The notes beneath the pieces were generated by a model. It did not search any database and was not told the origin of the DNA. It saw only the letters and a program-made list of their open reading frames with translations. Source: Eledone cirrhosa (Eukaryota). Taken from it: 64,000 bases of DNA. Where the stretch lies: positions 259,532,001 to 259,596,000 of the forward strand of contig OZ024741.1 in NCBI GenBank assembly GCA_964016885.1. The letters are read 5' to 3'. The position numbers and the translations under genes are program-made. Below are positions 12,802-25,500 of this stretch, piece after piece; the first letter of the stretch is position 1; each line of letters starts with the position of its first letter.

Positions 12802-12878
12802 AGCGAAACGTATAAATAAAGATTAATGTAATGAACTTGAAAAGCATAGATATTTGAAACCGCGTCTATTTGTTATTT
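12802..12878. repeat. 77-bp island, type B
   Basis: Three B-diagnostic bases present. Confidence 0.95.
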
Positions 12879-13632
12879 TCGTAAGTCGAAACACTCGTAA
12901 GTCAGAACACTCGTAAGTCAGAACACTCTTAAGTCAGAACACTCGTATCGAAACACTCGTATGTCAAAACACCCGTAAGTCAAAACACTCGTAAGTCGAA
13001 ACACTCGTAAGTCGAAACACTCGTAAGCCGAAACACTCGTAAGCCGAAACACTCGTAAGCCGAAACACTCGTAAGTCGGAACACTCGTAAGTCAGAACAC
13101 TCATAAGTCAGAACACTCGTAAGTCAGAACACTCGTAAGTCGAAACACTCGTAAGCCGAAACACCGTAAGTCGAAACACCCGTATGTCGAAACACTCGTA
13201 AGCCGAAACACTCTTAAGTCGAAACACTCATAAGTCGAAACATTCGTAAGTCGAAACATCCGTAAATCAGAACACTCTTAAGTCGAAAGACCCGTAAGTC
13301 AAAAATCTCGTAAGTCAAAACACTCGTAAGCCGAAACACTCGTAAGTCGAAACACTCGTAAGTCGAAACACCCGTAAGTCAGAACACTCGTAAGTCAGAA
13401 CACTCGTAAGTCGAAACACTCGTAAGCCGAAACATCCGTAAGTCAAAACATCCGTAAGTCAAAACATTCGTAAGTCGAAACACCCGTAGTCGAAACACTC
13501 GCAAGTCGAAACACTCGTAAGTCGAAACACGCGTAAGTCGAAACACATGTAAGTCAAAACACTCGTAAGTCAAAACACTCGTAAGCCGAAACACTCGTAA
13601 GTCGAAACACTCGTAAGTCGAAACACTCGTAA

Positions 13633-13709
13633 AGCGAAACGTATAAATAAATATTAATGTAATGAATTTGAAAAGCATAGAGATTTGAAACCGCGTCTAT
13701 TTGTTATTT
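13633..13709. repeat. 77-bp island, type A
   Basis: Matches 4225-4301. Confidence 0.95.
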
Positions 13710-14509
13710 TCGTAAGTCGAAACACTCGTAAGCCGAAACACTCGTGAGCCGAAACACTCGTAAGTCGGAACACTCGTAAGTCAGAACACTCGTAAGTCAG
13801 AACACTCGTAAGTTAGAACACTCGTAAGTCAGAACACTCGTAAGTCAGAACACTCGTAAGTCGAAACACTCGTATCGAAACACTCGTATGTCAAAACACC
13901 CGTAAGTCAAAACACTCGTAAGTCGAAACACTCGTAAGTCGAAACACTCGTAAGCCGAAACACTCGTAAGCCGAAACACTCGTAAGTCGGAACACTCGTA
14001 AGTCGGAACACTCGTAAGTCAGAACACTCGTAAGTCAGAACACTCGTAAGTCAGAACACTCGTAAGTCAGAACACTCGTAAGTCGAAACACTCGTATCGA
14101 AGCACTCGTATGTCAAAACACCCGTAAGTCAAAACACTCGTAAGTCGAAACACTCGTAAGTCGAAACACTCGTATGTCGAAACATCCGTAAATCAGAACA
14201 CTCGTAAGTCGAAACACTCGTAAGTCGAAACACTCGTAAGCCGAAACACTCGTAAGTCGAAGCACTCGTATCGAAACACTCGTAAGTCGAAACACCCTTA
14301 AGTCAAAACACTCGTAAGCCAAAACACTCGTAAGTCGAAACACTCGTAAGTCGGAACACTCGTAAGTCAGAACACTCGTAAGTCAGAACACTCGTAAGTG
14401 GAAACACGCGTAAGTCGAAAGACCCGTAAGTCAAAAATCTCGTAAGTCAAAACACTCGTAAGCCGAAACACTCGTAAGTCGAAACACTCGTAAGTCGAAA
14501 CATTCGTAA

Positions 14510-14586
14510 AGCGAAACGTATAAATAAAGATTAATGTAATGAACTTGGAAAGCATAGATATTTGAAACCGCGTCTATTTGTTATTT
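14510..14586. repeat. 77-bp island, type B (one private SNP)
   Basis: B-diagnostic bases; private CTTGGAAAG. Confidence 0.95.
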
Positions 14587-14685
14587 TCGTAAGTCGAAAC
14601 ACTCGTAAGTCAGAACACTCGTAAGTCAGAACACTCTTAAGTCAGAACACTCGTATCGAAACACGTATGTCAAAACACCCGTAAG

Positions 14686-17600
14686 TCAAAACACTCGTAA
14701 GTCGAAACACTCGTAAGTCGAAACACTCGTAAGCCGAAACAATCGTAAGTCAAAACACTCGTAAGTCGAAACACTCGTAAGCCGAAAATACTCGTAAGTC
14801 GGAACACCCGTAAGCCGAAACCCTCGTAGGTCGGAACACTCGTAAGTCGAAACACTCGTAAGTCGAAACACCCGTAAGTCGAAACACTCGTAAGTCGAAA
14901 CACCCGTAAGTCGAAACATCCGTAAGTCAAAACACTCGTATGTCGAAACACTCGTAAGCCGAAACACTCGTAAGTCGGAACACTCGCAAGTCAGAACACT
15001 CGTAAGTCAGAACACTCGTAAGTCAGAACACTCGTAAGTCGAAACATTCGTAAGTCGAAACACCCGTAAGTCGAAACGCCCGTAAGTCAAAACACTCGTA
15101 TGTCAAAACACTCGCAAGCCGAAAAACCGTAAGTCAAAACACTCGTAAGTCGAAACACTCGTAAATCGAAACACTCGTAAGCCGAAACACTCGTAAGCGA
15201 AAAAATTCGTTAGTCGAAACACTCGTAACCCGAAACACTCGTAAGTCGAAACACTCGAAAGCCGAAACACTCGTAAGTCGAAACACTCATAAGCCGAAAC
15301 ACTCGTAAGTCGGAACACTCGTAAGTCAGAACACCCGTAAATCAGAACACTCGTAGTCAGAACACTCGTAAGTCGAAACACTCGTAAGCCGAAACACTCG
15401 CAAGTCGAAGCACTCGTAATCCGAAACACTCTTAAGTCGAAACACTCGTAAGTCGGAACACTCGTAAGTCAGAACACTCGTAAGTCAGAACACTCGTAAG
15501 TCGAAACACTCGTAAGCCGAAACATCCGTAAGTCAAAACATCCGTAAGTCAAAACATTCGTAAGTCGAAACACCCGTAGTCGAAACACTCGCAAGTCGAA
15601 ACACTCGTAAGTCGAAACACGCGTAAGTCGAAACACATGTAAGTCAAAACACTCGTAAGTCAAAACACTCGTAAGCCGAAACACTCGTAAGTCGAAACAC
15701 TCGTAAGTCGAAACACTCGTAAAGCGAAACGTATAAATAAATATTAATGTAATGAATTTGAAAAGCATAGAGATTTGAAACCGCGTCTATTTGTTATTTT
15801 CGTAAGTCGAAACACTCGTAAGCCGAAACACTCGTGAGCCGAAACACTCGTAAGTCGGAACACTCGTAAGTCAGAACACTCGTAAGTCAGAACACTCGTA
15901 AGTTAGAACACTCGTAAGTCAGAACACTCGTAAGTCAGAACACTCGTAAGTCGAAACACTCGTATCGAAACACTCGTATGTCAAAACACCCGTAAGTCAA
16001 AACACTCGTAAGTCGAAACACTCGTAAGTCGAAACACTCGTAAGCCGAAACACTCGTAAGCCGAAACACTCGTAAGTCGGAACACTCGTAAGTCAGAACA
16101 CTCATAAGTCAGAACACTCGTAAGTCAGAACACTCGTAAGTCGAAACACTCGTAAGCCGAAACACCGTAAGTCGAAACACCCGTATGTCGAAACACTCGT
16201 AAGCCGAAACACTCTTAAGTCGAAACACTCATAAGCCGAAACACTCGAAAGTGGGAACACTCGTAAATCAGAACACCCGCAAGTCAGAACACTCGTAAAT
16301 CAGAACACTCTTAAGTCGAAACTTACGTACGCCGAAACAATCGTAAGTCGAAACACTCGTAAGTCGAAACATCCTTAAGTCGAAACACTCGTACACCGAA
16401 ACACTCGTAAGTATAAACATTAGTAAGTCGAAACACTCGTATGTCGAAACACTCGTAAACCGAAACACTCGTAAGTCGGAACACTCGTAAGTCAGAACAC
16501 TCGTAAGTCAGAACACTCGTAAGTCGAAACACTCATAAGTCGAAACACCCGTAAGTCGAAACACTCGTATGTCGAATAACTCGTAAGCCGAAACACCGTA
16601 AGTCAAAACACTCGTAAGTAGAAACACTCGTAAGTCGAAACACCCATAAGCCGAAACACTCGTAAGCCAAAACATTCGTAAGTCGAAACACTCGTAAACC
16701 GAAACACTCGTAAGCCAAAACATTCGTATGTCGAAACACTCGTAAGTCGAAACACCCATAGCCGAAACACTTGTAAGTCTGAACACACGTAAGTCAGAAC
16801 ACCCGTAAGTCAGAACACTCGTAAGTCAGAACACTCGTAAGTCAGAACACTCGTAAGTCAGAACACTCGTAAGTCAGAGCACTCGTATCGAAACACTCGT
16901 ATGTCAAAACACCCGTAAGTCAAAACACTCGTAAGTCGAAACACTCGTAAGCCGAAACACCGTAAGCCAAAACACTCGTAAGTCGAAACACCCCTAAGTC
17001 GGAACACTCGTAAGTCGAAACACTCGTAAGTCGAAACACTCGTAAGCCGAAACACTCGTAAGCCGAAACACTCGTAAGTCGGAACACTCGTAAGTCGGAA
17101 CACTCGTAAGTCAGAACACTCGTAAGTCAGAACACTCGTAAGTCAGAACACTCGTAAGTCAGAACACTCGTAAGTCGAAACACTCGTATCGAAACACTCG
17201 TATGTCAAAACACCCGTAAGTCAAAACACTCGTAAGTCGAAACACTCGTAAGTCGAAACATTCGTAAGTCGAAACATCCGTAAATCAGAACACTCTTAAG
17301 TCGAAACACTCGTAAGTCGAAACACTCGTAAGCCGAAACACTCGTAAGTCGAAGCACTCGTATCGAAACACTCGTAAGTCGAAACACCCTTAAGTCAAAA
17401 CACTCGTAAGCCAAAACACTCGTAAGTCGAAACACTCGTAAGTCGGAACACTCGTAAGTCAGAACACTCGTAAGTCAGAACACTCGTAAGTGGAAACACG
17501 CGTAAGTCGAAACACTCATAAGTCGAAACACTCGTATGTCGAATAACTCGTAAGCCGAAACACCGTAAGTCAAAACACTCGTAAGTCGAAACACTCGTAA

Positions 17601-18619
17601 GTCGAAACACCCATAAGCCGAAACACTCGTAAGCCAAAACATTCGTAAGTCGAAACACTCGTAAACCGAAACACTCGTAAGCCAAAACATTCGTATGTCG
17701 AAACACTCGTAAGTCGAAACACCCATAGCCGAAACACTCGTAAGTCTGAACACACGTAAGTCAGAACAGCCGTAAGTCAGAACACTCGTAAGTCAGAACA
17801 CTCGTAAGTCAGAACACTCGTAAGTCAGAGCACTGGTATCGAAACACTCGTATGTCAAAACACCCGTAAGTCAAAACACTCGTAAGTCGAAACACTCGTA
17901 AGTCGAAACACTCGTATGTCGAAACATCCGTAAATCAGAACACTCGTAAGTCGAAACACTCGTAAGTCGAAACACTCGTAAGCCGAAACACTCGTAAGTC
18001 GAAGCACTCGTATCGAAACACTCGTAAGTCGAAACACCCTTAAGTCAAAACACTCGTAAGCCAAAACACTCGTAAGTCGAAACACTCGTAAGTCGGAACA
18101 CTCGTAAGTCAGAACACTCGTAAGTCAGAACACTCGTAAGTGGAAACACGCGTAAGTCGAAAGACCCGTAAGTCAAAAATCTCGTAAGTCAAAACACTCG
18201 TAAGCCGAAACACTCGTAAGTCGAAACACTCGTAAGTCGAAACACCCGTAAGTCGGAACACTCGTAAGTCAGAATACTCGTAAGTCAAAACACTCGTAAA
18301 CCGGAACACCCGTAAGGCAAAACATTCGCATGTCAAAACACTCGTAAGTCGAAACACTCGTAAGCCGAAACACTCGTAAGTCGAAACACTCGTAAGTCGA
18401 AACACTCGTAAGTCGAAACACTCGTAAGTCAGTGCACCCGTAAGTCAGAACACTCGTAGTCAGAATACTCGTAAGTCGAAACACTCGTATGTCGAAACAC
18501 CCGTAAGTCGAAACATCCGTAAGTCAAAACACTCGTATGTCGAAACACTCGTAAGCCGAAACACTCATAAGTCGAAACACTCGTAAGCCGAAACACCCGT
18601 AAGTCAAAACATTCGTAAG
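14686..18619 (+). repeat. HOR unit X, copy 1 (3,934 bp)
   Basis: Constant offset of 3,934 to the next copy (14686/18620, 15768/19702, 16268/20202). Confidence 0.92.
15723..15799. repeat. 77-bp island, type A
   Basis: Matches 4225-4301. Confidence 0.95.
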
Positions 18620-21600
18620 TCAAAACACTCGTAAGTCGAAACACTCGTAAGTCGAAACACTCGTAAGCCGAAACAATCGTAAGTCAAAACACTCGTAAGT
18701 CGAAACACTCGTAAGCCGAAAATACTCGTAAGTCGGAACACCCGTAAGCCGAAACCCTCGTAGGTCGGAACACTCGTAAGTCGAAACACTCGTAAGTCGA
18801 AACACCCGTAAGTCGAAACACTCGTAAGTCGAAACACCCGTAAGTCGAAACATCCGTAAGTCAAAACACTCGTATGTCGAAACACTCGTAAGCCGAAACA
18901 CTCGTAAGTCGGAACACTCGCAAGTCAGAACACTCGTAAGTCAGAACACTCGTAAGTCAGAACACTCGTAAGTCGAAACATTCGTAAGTCGAAACACCCG
19001 TAAGTCGAAACGCCCGTAAGTCAAAACACTCGTATGTCAAAACACTCGCAAGCCGAAAAACCGTAAGTCAAAACACTCGTAAGTCGAAACACTCGTAAAT
19101 CGAAACACTCGTAAGCCGAAACACTCGTAAGCGAAAAAATTCGTTAGTCGAAACACTCGTAACCCGAAACACTCGTAAGTCGAAACACTCGAAAGCCGAA
19201 ACACTCGTAAGTCGAAACACTCATAAGCCGAAACACTCGTAAGTCGGAACACTCGTAAGTCAGAACACCCGTAAATCAGAACACTCGTAGTCAGAACACT
19301 CGTAAGTCGAAACACTCGTAAGCCGAAACACTCGCAAGTCGAAGCACTCGTAATCCGAAACACTCTTAAGTCGAAACACTCGTAAGTCGGAACACTCGTA
19401 AGTCAGAACACTCGTAAGTCAGAACACTCGTAAGTCGAAACACTCGTAAGCCGAAACATCCGTAAGTCAAAACATCCGTAAGTCAAAACATTCGTAAGTC
19501 GAAACACCCGTAGTCGAAACACTCGCAAGTCGAAACACTCGTAAGTCGAAACACGCGTAAGTCGAAACACATGTAAGTCAAAACACTCGTAAGTCAAAAC
19601 ACTCGTAAGCCGAAACACTCGTAAGTCGAAACACTCGTAAGTCGAAACACTCGTAAAGCGAAACGTATAAATAAATATTAATGTAATGAATTTGAAAAGC
19701 ATAGAGATTTGAAACCGCGTCTATTTGTTATTTTCGTAAGTCGAAACACTCGTAAGCCGAAACACTCGTGAGCCGAAACACTCGTAAGTCGGAACACTCG
19801 TAAGTCAGAACACTCGTAAGTCAGAACACTCGTAAGTTAGAACACTCGTAAGTCAGAACACTCGTAAGTCAGAACACTCGTAAGTCGAAACACTCGTATC
19901 GAAACACTCGTATGTCAAAACACCCGTAAGTCAAAACACTCGTAAGTCGAAACACTCGTAAGTCGAAACACTCGTAAGCCGAAACACTCGTAAGCCGAAA
20001 CACTCGTAAGTCGGAACACTCGTAAGTCAGAACACTCATAAGTCAGAACACTCGTAAGTCAGAACACTCGTAAGTCGAAACACTCGTAAGCCGAAACACC
20101 GTAAGTCGAAACACCCGTATGTCGAAACACTCGTAAGCCGAAACACTCTTAAGTCGAAACACTCATAAGCCGAAACACTCGTAAGTCGGAACACTCGTAA
20201 ATCAGAACACCCGCAAGTCAGAACACTCGTAAATCAGAACACTCTTAAGTCGAAACTTACGTACGCCGAAACAATCGTAAGTCGAAACACTCGTAAGTCG
20301 AAACATCCTTAAGTCGAAACACTCGTACACCGAAACACTCGTAAGTATAAACATTAGTAAGTCGAAACACTCGTATGTCGAAACACTCGTAAACCGAAAC
20401 ACTCGTAAGTCGGAACACTCGTAAGTCAGAACACTCGTAAGTCAGAACACTCGTAAGTCGAAACACTCATAAGTCGAAACACCCGTAAGTCGAAACACTC
20501 GTATGTCGAATAACTCGTAAGCCGAAACACCGTAAGTCAAAACACTCGTAAGTAGAAACACTCGTAAGTCGAAACACCCATAAGCCGAAACACTCGTAAG
20601 CCAAAACATTCGTAAGTCGAAACACTCGTAAACCGAAACACTCGTAAGCCAAAACATTCGTATGTCGAAACACTCGTAAGTCGAAACACCCATAGCCGAA
20701 ACACTTGTAAGTCTGAACACACGTAAGTCAGAACACCCGTAAGTCAGAACACTCGTAAGTCAGAACACTCGTAAGTCAGAACACTCGTAAGTCAGAACAC
20801 TCGTAAGTCAGAGCACTCGTATCGAAACACTCGTATGTCAAAACACCCGTAAGTCAAAACACTCGTAAGTCGAAACACTCGTAAGCCGAAACACCGTAAG
20901 CCAAAACACTCGTAAGTCGAAACACCCCTAAGTCGGAACACTCGTAAGTCGAAACACTCGTAAGTCGAAACACTCGTAAGCCGAAACACTCGTAAGCCGA
21001 AACACTCGTAAGTCGGAACACTCGTAAGTCGGAACACTCGTAAGTCAGAACACTCGTAAGTCAGAACACTCGTAAGTCAGAACACTCGTAAGTCAGAACA
21101 CTCGTAAGTCGAAACACTCGTATCGAAACACTCGTATGTCAAAACACCCGTAAGTCAAAACACTCGTAAGTCGAAACACTCGTAAGTCGAAACATTCGTA
21201 AGTCGAAACATCCGTAAATCAGAACACTCTTAAGTCGAAACACTCGTAAGTCGAAACACTCGTAAGCCGAAACACTCGTAAGTCGAAGCACTCGTATCGA
21301 AACACTCGTAAGTCGAAACACCCTTAAGTCAAAACACTCGTAAGCCAAAACACTCGTAAGTCGAAACACTCGTAAGTCGGAACACTCGTAAGTCAGAACA
21401 CTCGTAAGTCAGAACACTCGTAAGTGGAAACACGCGTAAGTCGAAACACTCATAAGTCGAAACACTCGTATGTCGAATAACTCGTAAGCCGAAACACCGT
21501 AAGTCAAAACACTCGTAAGTCGAAACACTCGTAAGTCGAAACACCCATAAGCCGAAACACTCGTAAGCCAAAACATTCGTAAGTCGAAACACTCGTAAAC

Positions 21601-22553
21601 CGAAACACTCGTAAGCCAAAACATTCGTATGTCGAAACACTCGTAAGTCGAAACACCCATAGCCGAAACACTCGTAAGTCTGAACACACGTAAGTCAGAA
21701 CAGCCGTAAGTCAGAACACTCGTAAGTCAGAACACTCGTAAGTCAGAACACTCGTAAGTCAGAGCACTCGTATCGAAACACTCGTATGTCAAAACACCCG
21801 TAAGTCAAAACACTCGTAAGTCGAAACACTCGTAAGTCGAAACACTCGTATGTCGAAACATCCGTAAATCAGAACACTCGTAAGTCGAAACACTCGTAAG
21901 TCGAAACACTCGTAAGCCGAAACACTCGTAAGTCGAAGCACTCGTATCGAAACACTCGTAAGTCGAAACACCCTTAAGTCAAAACACTCGTAAGCCAAAA
22001 CACTCGTAAGTCGAAACACTCGTAAGTCGGAACACTCGTAAGTCAGAACACTCGTAAGTCAGAACACTCGTAAGTGGAAACACGCGTAAGTCGAAAGACC
22101 CGTAAGTCAAAAATCTCGTAAGTCAAAACACTCGTAAGCCGAAACACTCGTAAGTCGAAACACTCGTAAGTCGAAACACCCGTAAGTCGGAACACTCGTA
22201 AGTCAGAATACTCGTAAGTCAAAACACTCGTAAACCGGAACACCCGTAAGGCAAAACATTCGCATGTCAAAACACTCGTAAGTCGAAACACTCGTAAGCC
22301 GAAACACTCGTAAGTCGAAACACTCGTAAGTCGAAACACTCGTAAGTCGAAACACTCGTAAGTCAGTGCACCCGTAAGTCAGAACACTCGTAGTCAGAAT
22401 ACTCGTAAGTCGAAACACTCGTATGTCGAAACACCCGTAAGTCGAAACATCCGTAAGTCAAAACACTCGTATGTCGAAACACTCGTAAGCCGAAACACTC
22501 ATAAGTCGAAACACTCGTAAGCCGAAACACCCGTAAGTCAAAACATTCGTAAG
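18620..22553 (+). repeat. HOR unit X, copy 2 (3,934 bp)
   Basis: Near-identical variant series to 14686-18619. Confidence 0.92.
19657..19733. repeat. 77-bp island, type A
   Basis: Matches 4225-4301. Confidence 0.95.
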
Positions 22554-25500
22554 TCAAAACACTCGTAAGTCGAAACACCCGTAAGTCAAAACACTCGTAT
22601 GTCGAAACACTCGTAAGCCGAAACAACGTAAGTAAAAACACTCGTAAGTCGAAACACCCATAAGTCGAAACACTCGTAAGCCGAAACACTCGTAAGTCGA
22701 AACACTCATAAGCCGAAACACTCGTAAGTCGGAACACTCGTAAATCAGAACACCCGCAAGTCAGAACACTCGTAAATCAGAACACTCTTAAGTCGAAACT
22801 CACGTACGCTGAAACACTCGTAAGTCGAAACACTCGTAAGTCGAAACATCCTTAAGTCGAAACACTCGTACACCGAAACACTCGTAAGTATAAACATTAG
22901 TAAGTCGAAACACTCGAAAGCCGAAACACTCGTAAGTCGAAACACCCGTAAATCGAAACACCCGTAAGTCAAAACACTCGTATGTCGAAACACTCGTAAA
23001 CCGAAACACTCGTAAGTCGGAACACTCGTAAGTCAGAACACTCGTAAGTCAGAACACTCGTAAGTCGAAACACTCATAAGTCGAAACACTCGTAAGTCGA
23101 AACACCCGTAAGTCGAAACCCCCGTAAGTCGAAACACTCGTATGTCGAATAACTCGTAAGCTGAAACACCGTAACTCAAAACACTCGTAAGTCAAAACAC
23201 TCGTAAGTCGAAACACCCATAAGCCGAAACACTCGTAAGCCAAAACATTCGTAAGTCGAAACACCCGTAAGTCGGAACACTCGTAAGTCGAAACACTCGT
23301 AAGTCGAAACACTCGTAAGCCCAAACACTCGTAAGCCGAAACACTCGTAAGTCGGAACACTCGTAAGTCGGAACACTCGTAAGTCAGAACACTCGTAAGT
23401 CAGAACACTCGTAAGTCAGAACACTCGTAAGTCAGAATACTCGTAAGTCGAAACACCCGTAAGTCGAAACACCCGTAAGTCGAAACACTCGTATGTCGAA
23501 TAACTCGTAAGCCGAAACACCGTAAGTCACAACACTCGTAAGTCGAAACACTCGTAAGTCGAAACACCCATAAGCCGAAACACTCGTAAGCCAAAACATT
23601 CGTAAGTCGAAACACTCGTAAACCGAAACACTCGTAAGCCAAAACATTCGTAAGTCGAAACACTCGTAAGTCGAAACACCCATAGCCGAAATACTTGTAA
23701 GTCTGAACACACGTAAGTCAGAACACCCGTAAGTCAGAACACTCGTAAGTCAGAACACTCGTAAGTCAGAACACTCGTAAGTCAGAGCACTCGTATCGAA
23801 ACACTCGTATGTCAAAACACCCGTAAGTCAAAACACTCGTAAGTCGAAACACTCGTAAGCCGAAACACCGTAAGCCAAAACACTCGTAAGTCGAAACACC
23901 CGTAAGTCGGAACACTCGTAAGTCGAAACACTCGTAAGTCGAAACACTCGTAAGCCGAAACACTCGTAAGCCGAAACACTCGTAAGTCGGAACACTCGTA
24001 AGTCGGAACACTCGTAAGTCAGAACACTCGTAAGTCAGAACACTCGTAAGTCAGAACACTCGTAAGTCAGAACACTCGTAAGTCGAAACACTCGTATCGA
24101 AACACTCGTATGTCAAAACACCAGTAAGTCGAAACACTCGTATCGAAACACTCGTATGTCAAAACACCAGTAAGTCAAAACACTCGTAAGTCGAAACACT
24201 CGTAAGCCGAAACACCGTAAGTCGAAACACCCGTATGTCGAAACACTCGTAAGCCGAAACACTCGTAAGTCGAAACACTCGTAGTCGAAACACTCGTAAG
24301 TCGAAACACCCGTAAGTCGAAACACTCGTAAGTCGAAACACTCGTAAGCCGAAACACTCGTAAGTCGAAACACTCATAAGCCGAAACACTCGTAAGTCGA
24401 AACACTCGTAAGTCAGAACACTCGTAGTCAGAACACTCGTAAGTCAAACCACTCGTAAGCCGAAACACTCGTAAGTCGAAACACTCGTAAGTGGAAACAC
24501 TCGTAAGTCGAAAAACTCGTAAGCCGGAACACTCGTAAGTCAGAACACTCGTAAGTCAGAACACTCGTAAGTCGAAACACTCGTAAGCCGAAACACCCGT
24601 AAGTCGAAACATTCGTAAGTCGAAACACCCGTAAGTCGAAACACTCGTAAGTCGAAACACTCGTAAGTCGAAACACCGTAAGTCAAAACACTCGTATGTC
24701 GAAACATCCGTAAATCAGAACACTCCTAAGTCAAAACACTCGTAAGTCGAAACACTCGTAAGTCAAAAATACTCGTAAGTCGAAACACCCTTAAGTAAAA
24801 ACACTCGTAAGTCGAAACACTCGTAAGCCGAAACACCCGTCAGTTAAAACACCCGTAAGTCGAAACACTCGTAAGTCAAAACTCTCGTACGCCGAAACAC
24901 TCGTAAGTAAAAACATTAGTAAGTCGAAACACTCGTAAGCCGAAACACTCATAAGTCGAAACACTCGTAAGCCGAAACACCCGTAAGTCAAAACATTCGT
25001 AAGTCAAAACACTCGTAAGTCGAAACACCCGTAAGTCGAAACACTCGTATGTCGAAACACTCGTAAGCCGAAACACCGTAAGTAAAAACACTCGTAAGTC
25101 GAAACACCCACAAGTCGAAACACTCGTAAGCCGAAACACTCGTAAGTCGAAACACTCATAAGCCGAAACACTCGTAAGTCGGAACACTCGTAAATCAGAA
25201 CACCCGCAAGTCAGAACACTCGTATCGAAACACTCGTATGTCAAAACACCCGTAAGTCAAAACACTCGTAAGTCGAAACACTCGTAAGCCGAAACACCGT
25301 AAGTAAAAAAACTCGTAAGTCGAAATACTCGTAAGTCGAAACACTCGTAAGCCGAAACAATCGTAATTCAAAACACTCGTAAGTCGAAACACTCGTAAGC
25401 CGAAACAATCGTAAGTCGAAACACTCGTAAGCCGAAAATACTCGTAAGTCGGAACACCCGTAAGCCGAAACACTCGTATGTCGAAACACTCGTAAGCCGA

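Larger units (their letters stand above)
3971..14685 (+). repeat. Island-dense domain of ~2-kb HOR units, each typically carrying one type A/C and one type B island
   Basis: A-to-B spacing is 877 bp (4270/5147, 6231/7108, 11970/12847, 13678/14555); C-to-B is 893 bp. Unit lengths include 1,961 and 2,058 bp. Boundaries approximate. Confidence 0.88.
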
